Part shown: positions 19,962 to 23,765 of the stretch, one piece after another
How the letters are laid out: each line of letters begins with the position of its first letter
How positions within the stretch are numbered: position 1 is the stretch's first letter
From: Paraspadella gotoi
Taxonomy: Eukaryota > Animalia > Chaetognatha
NCBI GenBank assembly: GCA_051294375.1
Contig: JBJCIZ010001665.1
Location: 1 to 23,765, forward strand
Length of the DNA: 23,765 nt
Reading direction: 5' to 3'
The notes under the pieces: model-generated
What the model saw: only the letters and a program-made list of their open reading frames with translations
Databases searched by the model: none
What the model was told of the DNA's origin: nothing
Made by a program: the position numbers and the translations under genes

Positions 19962-20739
19962 GTAAGTGGCGGTGAGTCGTTGGTGAGATCGGGGCGTGCA
20001 AGCGGAATATCCTCCCCCCCCCATCGAAAGGGAGTACTTGGAAATTCCCTTTTTCGTCTCCGTCTCCCCTTAACGATACAATAGATAAAGGAAATTAAAA
20101 TATGTAAAAATACGAGAGTTTTCTTCCGAGGTCTCTTAGCGTCCGTCTTTTATGTTTGAGGGAGCTGGAAAAAAAACGTTTGAATATGGAAAACATATTT
20201 TGGTTATTGTGAGTGTGATAATGAAATGAGATAAGGTCTAAAAATATGTAATGAATTTTTATGCTAACCTTTTAGTTTACAGAAACGTGAATTATAAAAA
20301 TTCGAAATAAGCTGATTAACTATCGGGAGGACTGCAAACTGAATAATAATATTTATTTATGATAACGATTGATGAGATTAGCGAAGTTTGTCAAAAAAAA
20401 AGCCGCTTACTTGTTTGAAATTATTTTTTCTTCTCATGCGATGAATTTTTCGCTCGAAATAAAAACCGAATCTTCTAAAAAATTGTCATCGTGAATTTCA
20501 TTATTCACTCTCATCGTTTTTTTTTTATGATTCAATTAACTGGAATCTTCACTCCGTCTTCACTGGACGCGGCGGTCGTCGGATGCAGCGGGCGAGCACA
20601 TTTTTTTTCCCTCGTTCACGGAAAGGAGTAAATTAATTCACATCCCCGTTGGACTTCATTGTTTTTTCAGGATTCCCTTTTATTTTTTCCACGAGTTCTT
20701 TCCTCTCTTTTTCGATTGAGAATATTCATGTACAATTAA

Positions 20740-20779
<40 letters not shown>

Positions 20780-21181
20780 GCTCTCTCCTCTCTCTCTCTC
20801 TCTCTCTCACTCTCTCCTCTCGCTCTCGCTTCCTGCTCGTTCTCTCGCTCTCCCTCCCTCTGCCCCATCCTTCCCGCCATTTTCTTAATTGTTATTTCGT
20901 ATCGTTTACTTAATTTCCCCTTTTTGGGAAATCTTTTTTTTTTTTCAAGAAAACCTTTTTAATTTTTAAATCCCTTTTAAAAAATCTTCCATTTAACTTT
21001 TAAAAAGGAGAGATTCTTTTCTCGTTAACTGTTTCCGCCCGAGGCAATTGATATTCAAGTGGCCAAGTTCCTCTTCCCGAATTTTTGAGATTCAACAATG
21101 ATTAATATAAAGTCATAAAAAAAATTAATTTTAATGTGAAGATTATTTGTTCTCCCGCCCCGTTCTCCTCACCCTTTTTAG

Positions 21182-21340
21182 AAAACGCGGGCGCGAGTAT
21201 CTTCTCAGTCTCTGGCATCAACGGAAGTTTCTTGGTTCGAGAGAGCGAAGAGTTCGCCCGGACAGCGGTCCGTCTTCGCTGAGGTTCGACGGGCGCGTCT
21301 ATACATACCAAGCATCAAACGAAGGACGGCGAAAGGAAAG
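21182..21340 (+). CDS. Abl: Abl tyrosine kinase exon: SH2 core with the FLVRES motif (contains indels)
   Basis: TTTTTAG acceptor at 21181. Reconstructed (R)[48 protein letters not shown], nearly identical to Abl SH2. Donor AAG|GTAAGT after GK, as at the human exon 3/4 junction. Confidence 0.93.
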
Positions 21341-22049
21341 GTAAGTTTGAGAATGAAAGTTTCGCCTCGTGGTTGGGAAAGTCTTACTTAAAGAGGCGAA
21401 ACAATTTTAAGCATAAAATCTATGACTTTACTAAATAGCGTGCAAACTTCGAAACGGAGAAAACGAAAAAGTAAAGCGAAGAATTTGGGTCAAAGGTCAT
21501 AAGGTTTCGTAAAGGTTTAGGGTCGTAAGGTGGCGCTAGGAGTCTTCTCCGGGTAAAGCTATCGCGGTAAAAAAGAAAAACCAAAGGGAAGATGAGAATA
21601 GAATCGAGAAAAACAAACAAAACAAGAGAAAAAAAAAAAGAGAGAATTATGACGCGAAACGCGGATTCAGACTATTTTTACTAGTTTTAATTTTTTTTTT
21701 AAAAAGTTTCTTTTAAACATTTTTTCCCCTTACTTTTTTTAAGCCTTGCATAAATTTAAAGAAAGTTAAAAATTATTCTAAAAATAGCGAGAAAAGTGCA
21801 ATTAAAGAAAATAAAGAAAGTCAAAGCCCCATTTAACTAATCAGAGAAAGGCCATCTCCCCTTTCACGAGTTTCTTCCAACCGGCACCCGAAATTGTAGT
21901 CAGCCGGAACTCTGCTTAGTCCTGACAGAGACACTTTTTTCCTTCCTCCCGTAACCCCATGTCATCCGGGCCCGACTCACCCAACTTCGAAGCCCTACTA
22001 AATATCGGCCATCACTTCCGAAAGCGCGCACATTAATTCAGTTTGTTTT

Positions 22050-22215
22050 TAGAATTAGGTTTATTTTAAGGTTTTAAAGGCTTAAGTATTGGTTAGGGTT
22101 TGGTTAAAGATTGGATTTGGGATTAAGGTTTAGGGTTAGGAGATAAGGTTAAGGATTAACCTCAAGCAATTAGAAGTAGGAAGTAAGCCTTTAGGGCTTA
22201 GAAATTGGTATTAAA
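22050..22215 (+). repeat. Degenerate TTAGGG/TTAAGG-like G/T-rich interstitial repeat
   Basis: GGTTAGGGTTTGGTTAAAG, GGTTTAGGGTTAGG, AAGGTTAAGG and TTTAGGGCTTAG within ~160 bp. Confidence 0.5.
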
Positions 22216-22733
22216 GCATTTGATAAAAATTTGAGTTGGTAACATTAAGTTTACGGATTAGGAAACAGAAAAAGGGGCGCTGTTAAGAAAATAATGCCAA
22301 AATATCGACATCGAGTCGCATTTATTGCGAAAGGGATATTTCGATCCGCGACTTTCGCATTCGACGACGAGGCGCCATTTTCCCTTTCGTCGTCGTCTCG
22401 TTCGTCGTCGTCGTCGTCGTCGTCGGGTTGTAGTCGATTGTCGTCATCAACGCGGTGTACTCGTTGTCGTTGTTTGTTGTCGTTTGCGCCGTCGAAAGAG
22501 GCCGGAGAAGGCGAAGGCGAAGGCGGTTTGAAGATTTAAAAAGCGGATTCGCTTCTCGATCGCAGCTGCATCACCATTTCCGGGTGAAACTCGTTTAGAA
22601 GGCGATGCGGAATTTCAATACAAAATGAAAACTGGGAAAAAAAAGTTGTTTTCCTCAATCGAGCGGGGTGCCTTTTAGATCTCCCTCTCTTCTCTCTCTC
22701 TCTCTCTCATCTCATCTCTCCCTCTCTGCTCGT

Positions 22734-22766
<33 letters not shown>

Positions 22767-23765
22767 CTCGTACCTCTCGTCTCAATTGTCTTCTTTGATC
22801 GATGAACCTTCCTTTTCATGCAAGACCGCAGCCCTGTCTGCGGCGCCTGCGGCGCCTGCTGCCTCTTAACCTTCTTTGGTCCACTTGCCGACCGAATAGA
22901 CGCAAGTCGCCTTTCGTTCTGCCAGAACATAGATACTTTACTTCACAACTTCAACTCCATTCGGTTTCAGCCGTCATTGATCGCCCATCAACAGAATGAA
23001 TTCTTTATAACCCATTCATATGTTATATGTTAATTCCTTTTGTCGCATGGTGTGCATAAAAAATTATTCGCAGTGACAACCTTTTTTATAATTTATTCCT
23101 TTTTTGATCAATTGAATTTTCTCTGAAAAAAAAAATGTATAAAAGGTTCCGCATCAATTGTTCTTAATATTCATACGAACATTATTCGTTAAAAAAAATG
23201 TTTCATTTGTATGAAAATATTATTTTAATAGTGATTAGAAAGAAAGGAATTGACGGAGAGCTGAAGTAAGAAAAAGAAAAGTAAAGAAACCACCATTCCC
23301 CTATTTCCCAGTCACACACTCACCACTCACCAACCATGAGCTTCCTCATTTACATCTTTTAAAATTTTGGCGGCCGCAATTAAGTCTCGAGAAAGTATGG
23401 AAATTCACGCTTCGCGAATTATTTATGTCCTAAGCCTCTTCAAAATTTTCAAACATTTAGAAATTAGATATGTCCATTATCTTGTAAGAGTGATGGAGGC
23501 CCTTAAACAACGCAAAGCCTGTCCAAAGTCAGGGCAAGAATAGCTTTATTTAATTTAAATGATGGATAATTGTTATATTGGTTGTACCAATTTCATAATC
23601 ATTAAAATTTCTCAATAGTTACCAAATATTCTACTATTGTATCAAGTTATTCAAAACTAATCATAAAAAAAAACGATCGATTCTGATTTTTAAAACCCAA
23701 ATTTTTCATAAAATTTTCTCAGTTCTACGTGACGATCGGACTCTCCGCTTCAAAAACCACCCTGG

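Noticed and set aside
22294-23033. GC-rich ORFs as the next Abl exon
   Set aside because: No match to the expected LYV...TLAELVHHHS or kinase motifs in any frame I could read; partly a (TCG)n repeat.

Overview
Eukaryotic, probably invertebrate animal, genomic DNA: AT-rich, full of (TC)n/(GA)n microsatellites, and apparently error-prone (many 1-nt indels, four short N runs). Two main components. (1) A near full-length ~5.6-kb non-LTR retrotransposon of the Jockey/I group on the minus strand (~10606-16203). It has a gag-like ORF1 with three CCHC knuckles and an unusually long low-complexity tail, an overlapping APE-endonuclease/RT ORF2 with no visible RNase H, a ~640-nt 3' UTR, and a terminal stem-loop followed by a short (TCAAA/ACAAA) tail. 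GA microsatellite lies on both sides. (2) Three GT-AG exons of an Abl-family tyrosine kinase on the plus strand (cap, SH3, most of SH2; 17799-18090, 19805-19961, 21182-21340), which the ORF track misses because of indels; the kinase domain must lie beyond the window. The first 4.5 kb holds a complex AT-rich repeat, a ~300-bp direct duplication, a Penelope-type minimal hammerhead ribozyme candidate (2042-2115), ~90-bp inverted repeats, tRNA-like/SINE remnants and a CCAAT + GGTCACA array. There is also a 33-bp purine-rich minisatellite and a probable decayed RT fragment. Most other short ORFs in the track are low-complexity or antisense artefacts. I see no clearly new multi-gene system. The best leads are possible microsatellite targeting and 3'-end architecture of the LINE, its ORF1 tail, the ribozyme candidate and the expanded Abl cap-SH3 linker.
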